Shown: positions 14,736 through 28,171, counted from the stretch's first letter. The stretch is DNA of 64,000 nucleotides from Callorhinchus milii (GCF_018977255.1 NW_024704742.1:46998001-47062000), one strand, 5' to 3'. Program-made: numbers and translations. The notes: generated by a model from the sequence alone, not told the origin.

Positions 14736-17700
14736 ACTATCCATTTCTAAAGACTGGCAGTGGAACTGAACCACCCAATCCCCTCCCCAAACAACATTGG
14801 CACCGTATCTGAATTTGAGTTCAAAACATTTCCACCTTATCTTTCTGTTGCTTAGCCTGATTTCAATTTTCTATCCTCTGCTTGAGGACTCTGTTTGAGT
14901 TCTGCTTCAAAGGATACTTATTGAGTTAAGTCTGTATCCTATTTTTAACTGTACCAAAATCTTGATATACTTAATTAAAAGCAAAAATGGAAGCTGAAAA
15001 ATCTTCAGCTCTAACTATTATACCCAATCCTGGGAAGGAGGTTGTAAGGGATGATGGTGGGGGTGGGGGGTGGGGAGAATAATTCCTAAAAGGTCAGCTC
15101 TTCTAGTAACTTCATAGAGTGACAGTTAAACAGCCGATTCATTGTATTTGCCAAGAGTTAGAGAATTAGCTGTATTAGCTTGTTAATCCTTTTCTCTCTC
15201 TACCTCCCCAATTGCACAAATGTGCCTCTAAATTCAATAATAAAACCTGGAGGTCCCAAAGCTCATCTCTGTTCATACAGTTTGTCCAAATCAAACACAT
15301 CAGTGTGGCGTGAGCAAAATTACCCTAAAAATGGATTCACAATAATTGGTAGCCCACAGTCATGTGAAATAGCTTCTGGCACAAAATAATTACAATCCGT
15401 CAATCACACATCGACCGTGTATGGTTTTTCTCATAATGGCAATCGTGAACAATCGAGAATAACTGTTCCAAGCCACATTGAGCAAGTCGAAAGGTGTTAA
15501 GAATATGCTCCCTCTGTACAATGTACTCTCTCAACTAAATAACACTTTTGTTGGTATCTCACCATAACTTTCTCTGCTGACTTAATAAAGTAACAGAAAT
15601 ATACTTGGGGAAAGTTGCCTGCATCCGGATACCTAATTAGATTTACTCTATACTCCAGAGAACTGCTCCAAAAAAATTCTGCAGCTCCAGAGCACAGAAG
15701 GGAATATTTTGAAGGAATGGATAAATGTCTCCAAGAACCATCTTAAAATTTTGGTATAAGTTATATTTATCCACATCTTCATTACGGCTGAAAATTGGTT
15801 TGCTAGTTAAAGTTGAATGAGGATATTTTATGGATGTCACAATGACCACATCCCACTGGATGGAAATACAGACACTTAATTGCCAAAATTTGTGGTATCA
15901 ATTGCAATATTCATTGTGACTTCTCATTTAGGAATTTCACCATGAACTTCGCAAACCTTCAATCACAATCTGGAAGGTACAATAATTTATTTTATTTGAT
16001 ATTAAACATGTTGTTGAAGTGTCTCATGGCACTCACAGAATGTATTGTGAACTGTAGTGACTGTGTATTTGCAGGTGAATGCGACAGACAATTTGTGCAA
16101 AGCAACATCCCACAAACAGCCCATAAAGTGAAAGATCAATTTAACTGGAGGATTGTTGACCAATTTGCAAATCCTGCAGCAAATTTAGTTTGCAAATAGA
16201 ATAAAAAATCTGCACCCTATAGTTTGTTCGAGAAACTTATTCTAGATTCCAGAAGTATTTATATGAGAAACTCTGGACAGAAAAGTGTGCTACCACTCAC
16301 ATTGAATTAAATAAATTAATTCTTGGTATCTTTATGCTTTTCTTTATAGCTGTCAATCTGTGGAAGAAACCAGATTATAAATCCAAAACCTGCTTTCTGT
16401 GCACCTTATTGAAGAGAATTGTTTGGGCCAACAGCAACTGCAGTAAATGCTGAATTATGAAAACTGCACTGCAGTGATTAAGGAACTTGCTCAAGTCTCC
16501 AACCAACCATAATGTTATGACTATATTTAAATGGACCACTGGAACTCATTTTTTCATCAAGTACTTATTGTATTGTGTATTTTCTAAGCAAATTTTTGAG
16601 TTCCCAGAAGTAACTGTTTAGAACCCCCGTTGCAGCAAAATTGGAAATGAAAATGATTGTGCCTGCTCTAAATTAGCAAGATGACAGGACTAGTCTATGT
16701 GAATTGCATTGAGCCACATCATTCATCGTCATTAAGTCATCCATTCAAAGTCATTCATTGAGCCAAGACATTGACTGTGGTAGGAAATGTGCTGGCCTCC
16801 TTAAGTAAAGTACACGTCACAAAAATAAATTGGGATGGCTAAAGCCAGACAACACTAACACAGAATGGTAATAAATAGACATTTTGATTTTTAGTGTTTT
16901 TTTATTGAAAAGTAGGTCAGTGTATATAGAAAGTTTAAAAGATTAATCTAACTGCAAATTGTTAGATTAAAATTCTCCCCCACAAGTCATTTTCAAAGTT
17001 TATTCCATCTCTGCAACATCACAAAATCTCTGCCACCATCTCAATCCCTACACGGCTTAAAAATCTCATCCATTCCCTTGTTACTTCCAGCATAATTGTT
17101 TTCCAATATCAATATAAATATAACTAATTAATGAATAGAAATATTTCATTTTTATGTTATTTATCAGTTGAAATCTAACAGAATTACAAACTAAAACCTT
17201 GCATGCTTCCAAAAATGACACAAAACCTGGGCAGTTTGACCTTCCTGCAGTTCAGTAGAGTAATGCACCATGATAGTTGATGGCCAGTATGGTCTTGGAT
17301 TTGACCCCATTAAAGCAATACAATAAGCCTCGAGATAACTGTTTGAGGAACATTGCTGTGTGCCAATTAGCTACCATGTTCATCGACAAAATACACAGTC
17401 ATTGCACTTTGCACTAAATCCTGTGAAGGTCTTTGAGATGTAATTTTGGCGCTATATCAAAATTCAAGTATTAATATTATAAGGATCATTATAGTGCAGG
17501 ATGTCGTTTGCAGAGAAACACAGCATTTTTGGCCTTTATTACAAGGACCCGAAATTTCTTGGCCATTACCAATGCTGAGCTGAACTCTTGAGTTCCAATC
17601 AAAGATGACTCAAGAACAAAACATAATTCAATACCAGATACAAAGTGAGGAAGAACAACATGAACTTTGGTTTTTTATCGAATCTGTGGTGCAGCATTGT

Positions 17701-17974
17701 TACAGTACTTGGATTGGAGACTACCCTACATAATCAACATGATATTTTTTTAAATTGCAGCTCTATATTTGAAGCACAATAACAATATTAAATTACATTG
17801 TGTCAGTAAAATACCATAATTAATGCAATTTATTATTATCATCAGCATCTCCTCTCATTACACTTAATAATAAATGCAGTGAGCATATTAGCTGCTGTAT
17901 GCCATCAATCTTTAGTGTAGTTAATTCATGTGACAATGAACCAATGGTCACAAACAATAAGGATCAGGTGTTAC

Positions 17975-18540
17975 TGTGCAGTGACTGTGCATTTGTAAGT
18001 AAATGTGGCTGCCAATTTAAGCACAGCAAAGTCCCACAATAGTTATGAAGTGAATAACCAATTTTATTTAGCGGATTGTTCGAAAGGACACTGGGAGGAA
18101 CTCCCTTCACTTTTTGAATAATACCAAGGGATCTTTAAGATAGATGTTAAAGATCACTTGGCATAATTGTGGTTGAACTAGATTCAATAATAACTTACAA
18201 AAGGGAATTAGATAGGTATTTGAAAAGGAAAAAATTGCAAGGATATGGGGAAAGAGCAGGGGAGTGAGACTGATTGGGTAACTCTTCCAAAGAGCCAGAA
18301 CAGGCACAATGGTCCGAATTGCCTCCTTCTGTGCTGGGATATTCTATGATTCTATCTCACCAGGCAACTGGGGCCTCAATTTAATATCTTATTGAAAGGA
18401 TGACATGTCCAACATATCTGTGCTCCCCTCGGACTCTTTTGGAGTGTCAACCTAAACTATGTGCTCAAAGTCCAATGTGTGGCTTGAACCCACAACCTTT
18501 TCACTCAGTAATGAGAATGCTACCAGCTGAACCAAGCTGA
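17975..18540 (-). mobile_element. Older Deu-domain SINE interrupted by a CR1 3' tail (about 18160-18355, +)
   Basis: Reverse complement of the same head and core as at 57615; the nested piece ends in ATTCTATGATTCTAT. Confidence 0.75.
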
Positions 18541-19584
18541 TATTAAAGCCATAAATATAGACCAAAAGGCTGCTTAAGAAGCTTTTATTACTTTCTATCA
18601 TTCATTCCAATTTACCAATTAATTCCATTGTTCATGTGTCAGTGATTTATATATAGACAATACAAAAGGGTTTCCAATTCAGTAAACAATGTGAAATACA
18701 TTTGCACCTTCAGACATCCTCCTGATGTGCAAAGCACTATACAAATGTAATTTTGTATTGTATTGTACCTTTATTTATGATTGATGGCATTCCTAGGCAA
18801 AAATATTATTGCAGTTGTACTTCTGTGAGTGAGTCTTCAACATGACTGCATAGACTATTTAGTGTTTGACATTTGAAGGACTTGAACAAGAGTTGCTCAA
18901 ACCATACTCCACGTACCTATAAATTCCTTAGTGCCTTAGCACCTTCCTATCTTTTGCATCTCCTCTTACACTACTCCTATATTTGCTCCCTCCACTTGGG
19001 TAGCTTCAGGTTATTGCACACTGCACATCTCCCACTCTACTAGCTGCCATCTCTCGACCTTTCTGTTTAGCTCCACCCATCGCTATCTATCTTCCAGTTC
19101 TGCCTTACAACCTACCTCTTCATCCATGTCTCCGATCGCATATCCTTTCTCTCCTCTTCTCTCCTTTCTGCTCAGAGTCCGTGCCCGCCACTGTTAAGCA
19201 CTCCGAGTTGTTATTCTACATGAGGGACACTATATAAATGCAGGTTGTTGTCATAGTGCAGCAGCATTCCCACATGTACGAGAAACCTAGGCTTCACACT
19301 TGATACATAGCTCCAAATAAGAGGCCCCATTATTTAAAATGATTCATGAATGTTTTTTTTAAGTTGGTATCCATGTAATCCATGTAATAGGACAAGGAAC
19401 AGTTCCCTCCAAGTTTTAATTCAGCCTGCAATGTGTTCAAGATGGGATACTCAATAGCTTTCCTTTGGTCACATTGCTCCGATATTGCTTACATTGTTTA
19501 TGAACAATGGTGAACACTAGTGGAAGGGAAATTACTTGTTCACTAAGGAATACCGCTGTGTACTAAACTGCTCCAATAATTCCA

Positions 19585-19938
19585 GTGGAGTCCTGTAGCT
19601 CAGTAGGTGAAGTCCTGCAGCTCAGTGGTTAGAGCACTCGCCTCGCAAGCGAGAGACCTGGTTTCAATTCCCGGCAGGGCGAAACCTTGGGCAAGTTTCC
19701 TTACTCCACATGCCTGTTAATAATCCCTCAAGAAAAAAAGAAAAAAGAAAAAAATAGTAATTTGGTCACTAAATCCACGACTGTTTGTGGAACACTGCTG
19801 TGTGCAATTGGCTGCCACATTTCACACACAAATATACAGTTAATTCACTTTACAGTATATTCTGTGAAGCATTTTGAGATGTCTAGAAGACGTGAAAAGT
19901 GCTATATGAAATGCAAGGATTCTTATTATTTTTATTAT
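19585..19938 (+). mobile_element. Major tRNA-SINE, full length, short form, with a duplicated 5' end
   Basis: tRNA-like head with A box (AGCTCAGTGG), B box (GTTTCAATTCC) and an Ala-like CGC anticodon loop, then a Deu-like body and (TTA)n tail. Confidence 0.9.
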
Positions 19939-21100
19939 ATAATTCTTCAGCTATCTTTACACACAGCACTTTGTGAGATAGAAAGGCCCTTATCTACCAA
20001 ATAAGGGCTGGATAAAAATCTGACAGCTTTCATTTCATCAAAGAAAGTATTATTGAGTTGAATAGTCTTGATAATCTACAAGTGCTTGTCTAAGTGTGTA
20101 CTTCTTATTGGTATAAGAACAAATATCCTGAACGGTTTTCCATCTAGTAAAAGACTCGAATAGGCTAAACACCTACCTCTAGACAAGCCATTTTAATTGA
20201 TTTGTAAGGAAGGTGAAACAAAACAGAACCTAACTCTTTAGATGGCAGCTCTTTAGCCAAAGTAACATTTACAGTACTCCTTGTTATTATGTGAATCGGT
20301 AAGTGATTAGAAAGAATGAATTACTCCTGCCTGAAAATATTGATGTTACTATGAACATATTGTTTAAACAATGATTTTAAATTACAGAGACTACAGTGTC
20401 TCCATAAGCCACTCTCAATCCTTTGCAGACCCAATTAACTGGCACTTCACAATTTTGGGGATATTCCTTGGTTGAGTTAATTATCCTATATTCCTTATTC
20501 CATCAATTCGCTACCTGATCACCCAGACTGAATCATGTAGTGCACAATCGCAGCATTCTGCTTCATTCTGCATTGGGTTTTAGACCCCACATCTCCTGCA
20601 CTGCCTTTTTGGTCATTAACCCCAAATTTGCAGGAATAACTGGATGTGTTTAAGAGCCTGCTACTCCCAATTCACCCCAAAGATTGTTTTCCCCAACCCA
20701 GCTAACAGTATTCAACCAAAAAGCCTATTGAATTTGTGTGGAGTGACAGTGCCAGTATCAGTATCATGGGTTCATCTAGGAGTAATCTGTGACTTTGTAA
20801 AATCCCTTTCTTTGCAATCTTTGAGGAAACATAATTTAACTGTATTGCACTCAATAGAGAGAGTATTCATTGTTTACATTTATTTTTGGTTTTGCTGCCA
20901 TTGCAAACCTACTCTGGGGTACTGGGGTTGTGTCTCATTGCCCAAGAGGCAATTTGGGAGAAGGCCAAAAGGGTCCTCCAGAGATAGAGGCGAGAAGATG
21001 TTTTATATGAGATAGAGCTATTAAGGAGAGAACATTATATTTAGGTTTTTGGATCAATGCCTTAGGAGGTTACAACTGTCACGAGAGACTATGACAAAAT

Positions 21101-21119
21101 TGTGCCATCTTGTGGCTGA
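21101..21119 (-). promoter_or_regulatory. CTCF-like motif
   Basis: Minus strand reads TCAGCCACAAGATGGCACA. Confidence 0.5.
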
Positions 21120-21189
21120 GGTTATCTGAAGATTGTGTGCCAAACATAGATTTACCAGACGAGTACAAGTAACAGTTGTTTTGAACTGC

Positions 21190-21575
21190 TAACAACAACA
21201 ACAACTTGGATTTATATAGCACCCTTCACGTCAGACGGCGTCTCAGAGCGCTTCACAGTAATGGATCCCGGGGCTGAGCCAAGGGGAGGGGGAGGAAAGT
21301 GACCAAAGGCGCGGTCGAAAAGAAAGGTCTTCAGCCGAGACCTGAAAACAGGAAGAAAGGGGGGGAGGCAAAGGGAGTGAGGAAGGGAGCTCCAGAGCCT
21401 CGGGGGCGTAGTGGCTGAAAGTACAGCTGCCGAGGGTGGAGCAGAGGACTCGGGGGACGAGGAGGAGGCCAGACCCGGTGGAACGAAGGCAAACATGAGG
21501 AGAGAGGTCAGAGAGGTAGGGGGGTGCAGAGGAGTGGAGGGATTTGAAGACAAGGGTGAGGATCTTGATGTTGAT
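21190..21575 (-). mobile_element. L2 3' fragment
   Basis: FRSRLKTFLFDRAF plus tail. Confidence 0.85.
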
Positions 21576-21879
21576 AACGTCCTAGGAAGCGTGCAGCAGC
21601 ATCTGAAAAGCATCTGTTCTTAATTTACAGGTCCACTTAGCAGCTCATTGATTGTCCATTCAGTAGATCTCCCAGCTACATATAATTCTCCAAGATCTTT
21701 ATTCCATCAACTCTCTAGCTGATCGTCCACACTACAGTCCATGTAGTGCACTGTCACAGCATTCTGCTTCATTCCGCCCTGAGTTTTAAACCCCACATCT
21801 ACTTCATCTCCTACACTGCCTTCTTCCACTTCCATAACATTCCTCCGGTTAGACCTTTGCCTTTTTTTGTTCACTTCTA

Positions 21880-22350
21880 CTGAAACATTTATCCAAGTTA
21901 CAAAGGGATTTAGACAGATTAAGTGAGTGGGCAAAACTGTGGCAGATGGAATTCAATGTGGGGAAGTGTGAGATCATCCACTATGGATCCAAAAATAGCA
22001 AAACTTAATATTTTCTAAACGGTAAGAAACTAAGAATTACGGAGGAGCAAAGATATTTGGGTATCCACATACACAAATCACTAAAAACAAGCTCACAGGT
22101 ACAAAAAGTTATCAAAAAGGCTAATGGGATGTTGGCCTTTATTTCAAGAGGATTGGAATGTAAAGGAGTGGAAAAACAACTGTATAAAGCCTTGGTCAGA
22201 CTCCATCTGGAATACTGCATTCACTTTTGGGTACTGCACCTCAGGAAGGATATATTGGCTCCGGAGGGGGTGGAGCGCAGATTCACCAGAGTGATACTGG
22301 GCTTAAACAGTTAAATTATGAAGACAGGTTGCATAAACTTGGCCTCTATT
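21880..22350 (+). mobile_element. CR1-clade LINE fragment
   Basis: WQMEFNVGKC, KKANGMLAFISRG and LYKALVRLHLEYCIHFW. Confidence 0.9.
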
Positions 22351-24744
22351 CCCTTACTCACTCCCCCATTCCCATTGCTCCACCATCAGTGGCCAAGCCT
22401 TCAACCACCATGCTCTTTTCTCTGGAATACCTTTTGAAAATCACTTTGTCTTGCTATTTCTCTCGCCAGCTTTGTAAAGCTCCTAGAACATAACTCTTCA
22501 ACCATGCCTTTAAAGCTCTTCTTTTCCAGTTTTCACCATTACAGTTGTCAAGCACTTTGAATTTGTTTTTACATGAAACACTTTATATAAAAGCAAGGTG
22601 TTGCTGTAAAGGTTATCAATAGCAATAGAATGAACCCTGCAGCTTTTTCAACATTGTTGGAATTTCCAGGGTTCAAGGCATAATTGATTATGTTCACATT
22701 GACATGAGTGCTCTTACCTTTAATTCTCTGGCTCTCGGCAGCTGAAAGCGCAATCATTGCTCAAATGTCCAAATGATGTACAACTATAAAAGGTAAATAA
22801 TCCCTATCAATGCTAAATATTCTAAATCCTCCATTTCTGCACTCTTTTTTTCCAATAGTAAGGTGCAACCTACATTTGATTAACATTGTTGAAAATAACT
22901 TCACATTGGATCAAGTGAATGAGCAATAATAACACAATAATGCTTTTCCACTTCTACCCATGCTAATGGACACCCATTTCATTGTGTAGAGATGGTAACT
23001 GTATCGTATTTTAGTAGACATTATTTTACAGTTATCTACAGTAAAATCAATCTACCATTCACTCTCTTTAATTGGTCCTGTCCCACAAACAGCCATGAAC
23101 ACAAACAATTTTATATGGGGAATTGTTCTGTGAGTAAATCTGAACCCAGGTGGAATTTGTATCCCATAGCATGGGGCAGGGAACAATAATCAGAAGAAAG
23201 AATGATGGATGATTTTTTTTCTCACACCTTTACTATTATGGATGTGGTAATCTGTAGTCACAAATGATTCATAAATATTGAATGCTGCCAGTAACCGGTT
23301 ATATGTCGCATTAACTCATGAGAACTTCACTCCGACTCAAGTTGGTGTGTTGCACATCCAGCTAATGGCAAGGTTCAATATTTATGAACCATTTACAAAT
23401 CCAGGTTGCTATTCCTGCATTTTTAACTCCAGTAAGATCAACTAATGCATCCATCCACACCAGTGCCCTGGCTGAGATCACTTAATCCACCACAGATCTG
23501 GTGGTGATCTTATCTGTGTCAAACCAAATGCCTAACTTACCCACTGAGCTATCAGGAAAGCCTTGCAATGTATTTTTTTTAAAATGTCAATTTATTAAGT
23601 GTTAAATTTTTTTCACAGTCAACAAACATGGGTTTGAGCCCTCAATGCTATTAATCTAGTGAGGGCTCAAACCCACGCTCACTGGATGTCAAATGACCAA
23701 CTAGTGACTATCCTCTTTGGGAAGGAAGTAAGCGGATTCTCCTGGGAGCTGAACTGGCTCCAAGATGACCTGTTTGTCAACAGAATGTCGGAATCGAGCC
23801 CACTCTCTGTCCAATTCCTGAGCCACATGGGTCTGAGGTATTCCAGGGCACTGCTGATGACAGCACAGCCAGCCTGGAATTTTTTTTTAAAAAGTCCATT
23901 TTTTAAGTGTCACTTTTTTAAATTTTAAAAAAGCAACAGACATAGCAGATGTGATCATTTAATGGTGACACAATTAATATTGCCATGCAAAAATTAGCAG
24001 ATGACGATGGCCCTTTAATACTTATGAGTGAGGCAACTCCTTTTACAGTCTGAATCTCAGTGGACAGGAGTGAAAACTACAGAATTGCAGTCACCGTTCT
24101 GTGAAGGCTAAGTGGAAGCTGAAGAGTGGAAATGTGAATTGATCTGGTTGAGAGAGGCTGTGTTTTTCGGAGGGTTAGAGCCCAGATTGAATTGTTTAAG
24201 CTGTACGGATGGTCTCTTGCCAAATACAGCCGCTGGCAGGCACAACCTTTTACACTCGTGGGCTCGCAAGCAGAAAGTGCTGTGCTCAGCAGAACTGTCA
24301 GCAATGTTGACAGTGACTGACTGAGGTAGGTCAGAGGCAGACCATGTGGAGTTAGGCTTCCAATGCAGTTATCTCCTGTCATTACAGTTTTCACAACAAG
24401 AATAAAAAAAATTTCTAAGACGGTTACATTTTTACCACATGCTACTCGGTGGTGCGTGATTTGATGATAAGTTTTGATTCTGTTTTAAAAAACAATTGTG
24501 CATCAGATAAATCATGGTCCACTTTACACACATCGAAGAAATATGCTGAAAACCAAAATTCTGTTTGTGTCAGGAATAATAATTTACATTACTCCTGTAA
24601 CAAGCCACAAAATGATGAGCATTTAGAGTAAAATTATTTAACCAAAAATGAGTCTGACCTAAATAAGATTGGCAGCAATATTTGACCAAACTAAACTACG
24701 TGGGGAGGGGGTAAACTTAAAAATATGCACTTGAAGGTGGCAAG

Positions 24745-24945
24745 CACTCCCTCACCACCTTCAAGACCCATCTCAAAACCCTCCTCTTCGATCGTGCTTT
24801 CGATCTCCCAGCTTCCGCCCCCCGCCCTCCATCCTCCCCCACCCCGACCCCCAGCTCGGGTCCGTAACTCTGTCTGTCCAGCGCTTTCGGACGTCCTCCC
24901 GGCGTGAAAGGCGCTTTACAAACATAATTTTGCTGCTGCTGTTGT
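24745..24945 (+). mobile_element. L2 3' fragment (CpG-rich)
   Basis: FKTHLKTLLFDRAF plus tail. Confidence 0.8.
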
Positions 24946-25084
24946 AATAAAAACTATAGAGAAGTTTAAACTAATGACAATTTTTTAAAAAAAATAATAC
25001 TTCGAAAGCGACCTAAAAAGGGAGGGGGTGGGGGAACATTGCCACATGTCCACAGCTTGGGAAAGTGAAAATTAGTTTAGACTT

Positions 25085-25256
25085 TTGGTCGCTGTTTGTG
25101 GGACACTAACTGTGCGCAACTGGCTGCCGTGTTTCGCTCACAAAATACACCATCAAAAAAGCACTTTACAGTAAAGCCCGTGAAGCGCTCTGAGACGTCT
25201 TGGCCACATGAAAGGCGCTACATCAAATGAAAGGATTGTTATGATTATGATTATGA
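25085..25256 (+). mobile_element. Major SINE 3' part, about 20 bp from the NWD2 exon-1 donor
   Basis: Family body and tail sequence. Confidence 0.85.
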
Positions 25257-25277
25257 CCAGGATGATTTAACGCTTAC

Positions 25278-25428
25278 CTTCGGGGTTGGAGCTCATGAAG
25301 ACTTTGACGCTCCTGCTGCCTGGGAGGTGCTGAGGCAGAGCAGACACAGCTCCAGCCAGAGCCGCCCTGCGCAGCGCTGAATCCCGGGGAGAGGGCAGTC
25401 TGGAGCCGGGCACCGACCACATCAGCAT
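25278..25428 (-). CDS. NWD2: NWD2 (NACHT and WD repeat domain-containing 2) first coding exon
   Basis: Minus-strand translation is MLMWSVPGSRLPSPRDSALRRAALAGAVSALPQHLPGSRSVKVFMSSNPE plus one G, followed by a GTAAG donor (25277-25273). An in-frame TAA lies 15 nt upstream of the ATG at 25428; a second ATG is at 25422. It matches my recall of the human NWD2 N-terminus (MWPAGAGTKLPCPRDSALRRAAFSG...GRSVRVFISANPE). Confidence 0.92.
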
Positions 25429-25700
25429 CACTGCTGCCAGCACTTAACACAATGAGACCGGGTGGGGGGAAAAAAAAATATATATATATGTATATATACC
25501 AGCAGAGAGAAGGGAGGATCTAGAGAGAAAGCTGCAGCAATCACACAGCAGTGACTAGGGACAGGGCTGAGAGCTGCCAACCAGCGCACCAGTGGCCATC
25601 TGAGAGCTGGGCATCAGCTGCAATAGCAAACACACACACACACACACAGACAAGCAGGGGAGAGAGAGAGAGGGCTGATCACAGCAAAACAAGTACTATT
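25429..25700 (-). promoter_or_regulatory. Probable 5' UTR / proximal promoter of NWD2
   Basis: Unique, relatively GC-rich sequence immediately upstream of the exon-1 ATG, with CpGs retained locally. The transcription start cannot be placed. Confidence 0.45.
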
Positions 25701-25704
25701 AATG

Positions 25705-26461
25705 TTCACTAATAATCACTGCAAACACACACACACACACACACAGAGACACACAGAGACACAGAGAGAGAAAGACACACACACACACAGAGAAAGAGAT
25801 ACAGACACACAGAGAGACACAGACAGAAACACACACACACACACACAGAGTCACAGACACACAGAGAGAGACACAGACACACACAGAGGGAGACACAGAC
25901 ACACAGAGAGGGAGTCACAAACACACAGAGAGGGAGACACAGACACACAGAGACAGACAGAGAGAGAGAGAGAGACACACACAGAGAGAGAGAGAGAGAC
26001 AGACACACACAGAGACACACACAGACACACACACAGACAGAGAGACACAGACAGAGAGAGAGAGAGACACACAGACACGGAGAGAGGGAAACACAGACAG
26101 AGAGAGAGACACAGAGAGAGAGAGAGACACAGACACAGAGAGAGAGACACAGACACACAACACACAGTGAGAGAGAGGGAAACACAGACAGAGAGAGACA
26201 CAGACACAGAGAGAGAGAGACACAGACACACAGTGAGAGAGAGGGAGACAGAGAGAGAGAGAGAGAGAGACACAGACACAGAGAGAGAGACACACAGACA
26301 CACAACACACAGTGAGAGAGAGGGAGACACAGACAGAGAGAGACACACAGACACACAACACACAGTGAGAGAGAGGGAGACAGAGAGAGAGAAACACAGA
26401 CAGAGAGAGAGACACACAGACACACAACACACAGTGAGAGAGAGGGAAACACAGACAGAGA
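25705..26461. repeat. Compound (CA)/(GA) microsatellite with higher-order units
   Basis: Seen directly; ACACAGTGAGAGAGAGGGA recurs. Confidence 0.98.
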
Positions 26462-26755
26462 ACCTCACATTCTCACACGATTTGCCACCGGATCCCAAAT
26501 CAATGTCAATGTGTCTTGTGTGTCCAATTTCAATGTTATCCAGTTGTATTTTTTTGGGGGGGGAGTGTGGGTGTGTTTCCAAATAATCTTTTTACTGATT
26601 GTATTTTCCAGCCAAATGGCAAGGAGCAGCTATCTCTAAAGAGGGGTGGAGTGGGGGGGATTTTTTTTTGTGGGGGGGTGTTAAAAAAAAGAGCAAAACC
26701 AAAATCAAATAGAAATACCACCCAATCCCGTTTCGAGATGAATGACTAAATCAAC

Positions 26756-26922
26756 GAACAAAGAAAGAAATAAGGAAAGAAATAAGTAAATAAAGAAAGA
26801 AATAAGTAAGTAAATAAAGAAATAAAGAAAGAAATAAGTAAATATGTAAATTAATAAAGAAATAAAGATAAAAAGAAAGAAATGAAGAAAGAAAGAAAGA
26901 AATAAACAAACAAACAGATAAA
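26756..26922. repeat. (AAAG/AAAT)n low-complexity tract
   Basis: Seen directly. Confidence 0.95.
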
Positions 26923-27124
26923 TGATAATCCCTCCAAAAAACAAAACAAAATAAATTGGTCATTTTCAATCACGACTGTTTGTGGGACATTGCTGTGCGC
27001 AATTGGCTGCCGCGTTCGCCCACAAATATACAGTCAATTCACTTTACAGTGTGTTCTGTGAAGCGCTTTGGGACGTCCTCCTGACGTGAAAAGCGCTATA
27101 TCAAATGCAAGGATTATTATTATT
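26923..27124 (+). mobile_element. Major SINE, 5'-truncated young copy
   Basis: Near-identical to the 56907 copy, with CpGs intact. Confidence 0.9.
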
Positions 27125-27404
27125 TAAAAGTCTAGATTTTTAAAAAAACACACACACAAAAGAAAGTGGTGCTGCCTGACTGCCTGACTGGTTGGTTGGT
27201 TGGTGATGAACCGGTGGGTTGGGGTCGGATTTCTGCCTCTCTCCAATCTGCAGGGAAGTCTAACCTGGAGCAGCTCAGATGACCGCGAGGAGAGAGGAGA
27301 GGAGAGGAGGGGAACAAAAAAAAGGACCAAAAATATTTTCTGAAGGCAGTGAACTCCAGGTCACTGCTGCAACTGGACCATCCTTTTTGCAGAGTCGTTC
27401 AATT

Positions 27405-27665
27405 GAGAGACACACACACAGACACACATAGACAGACACACACAGACACAGACAGACAGACAGACAGAGACAGACAGAGACAGACACACACACAGACACA
27501 GACAGACAGACAGACACACAGACAGACACACACACAGACAGACAGACAGAGACAGACAGAGACAGACACACACAGACAGACACGCACACACACACACAGG
27601 GACAGACACACAGACACACACACAGACACACACAGACAGACAGACAGACAGACACAGACAGACAG
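27405..27665. repeat. (CAGA/CA)n microsatellite
   Basis: Seen directly. Confidence 0.97.
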
Positions 27666-27777
27666 GACAGGGAAGAGTCCCGACACAGAGAAACCTGTGC
27701 TTCCTTCTTCCAGGAATTTGCCACAAGAACACGAGCATCTCAGTTGCACACACACACCACACAGAGCAGACACAGAG

Positions 27778-28121
27778 CCCTCCCCCCCCCCCCCCCCCCC
27801 CCGGTGGTGAGGGGGTGTGGGGTGAGGGGGTTGGGGTGGGGGTGGGGGTGTGGGGTGAGGGGGTGGGGGGTGAGGGGGTTGGGGTGGGGGGGTTGGGGTG
27901 GGGGGTGAGGGGGTGAGGGGGTTGGGGTGGGGGGGTGAGGGGGTGAGGGGGTTGGGGTGGGGGGTGAGGGGGTTGGGGTGGGGGGGTTGGGGTGGGGGGT
28001 GAGGGGGTTGGGGGTGGGGGTGAGGGGGTGAGGGGGTTTGGGGGTGAGGGGGTTGGGGTGGGGGGGTGAGGGGGTGAGGGGGGGTGTGGGGTGGGGGGTG
28101 GGGGGGGGTGGGGGTGAGGGG
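27778..28121 (+). repeat. Poly-C run followed by a (GGGGT/GGGGTGA)n G-rich tract
   Basis: Seen directly; dozens of G4-G8 runs. Confidence 0.97.
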
Positions 28122-28171
28122 CTGATCTGCTGCTATTCAATTCACATCACCCCAACAGCGATGGTAACGAC

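Noticed and set aside
19607..19680. tRNA-Ala-like sequences (also near 33300, 37300 and 57200)
   Set aside because: They are SINE heads continuous with SINE bodies, not tRNA genes.
23850..23880. CTGATGA hammerhead-like core
   Set aside because: There is no GAAA partner with proper stems, and the homologous copy near 45940 lacks the motif.
25699..28140. Long ORFs (up to 294 aa) rich in THRE, CVSL or P
   Set aside because: They are translations of microsatellites and the G-tract.
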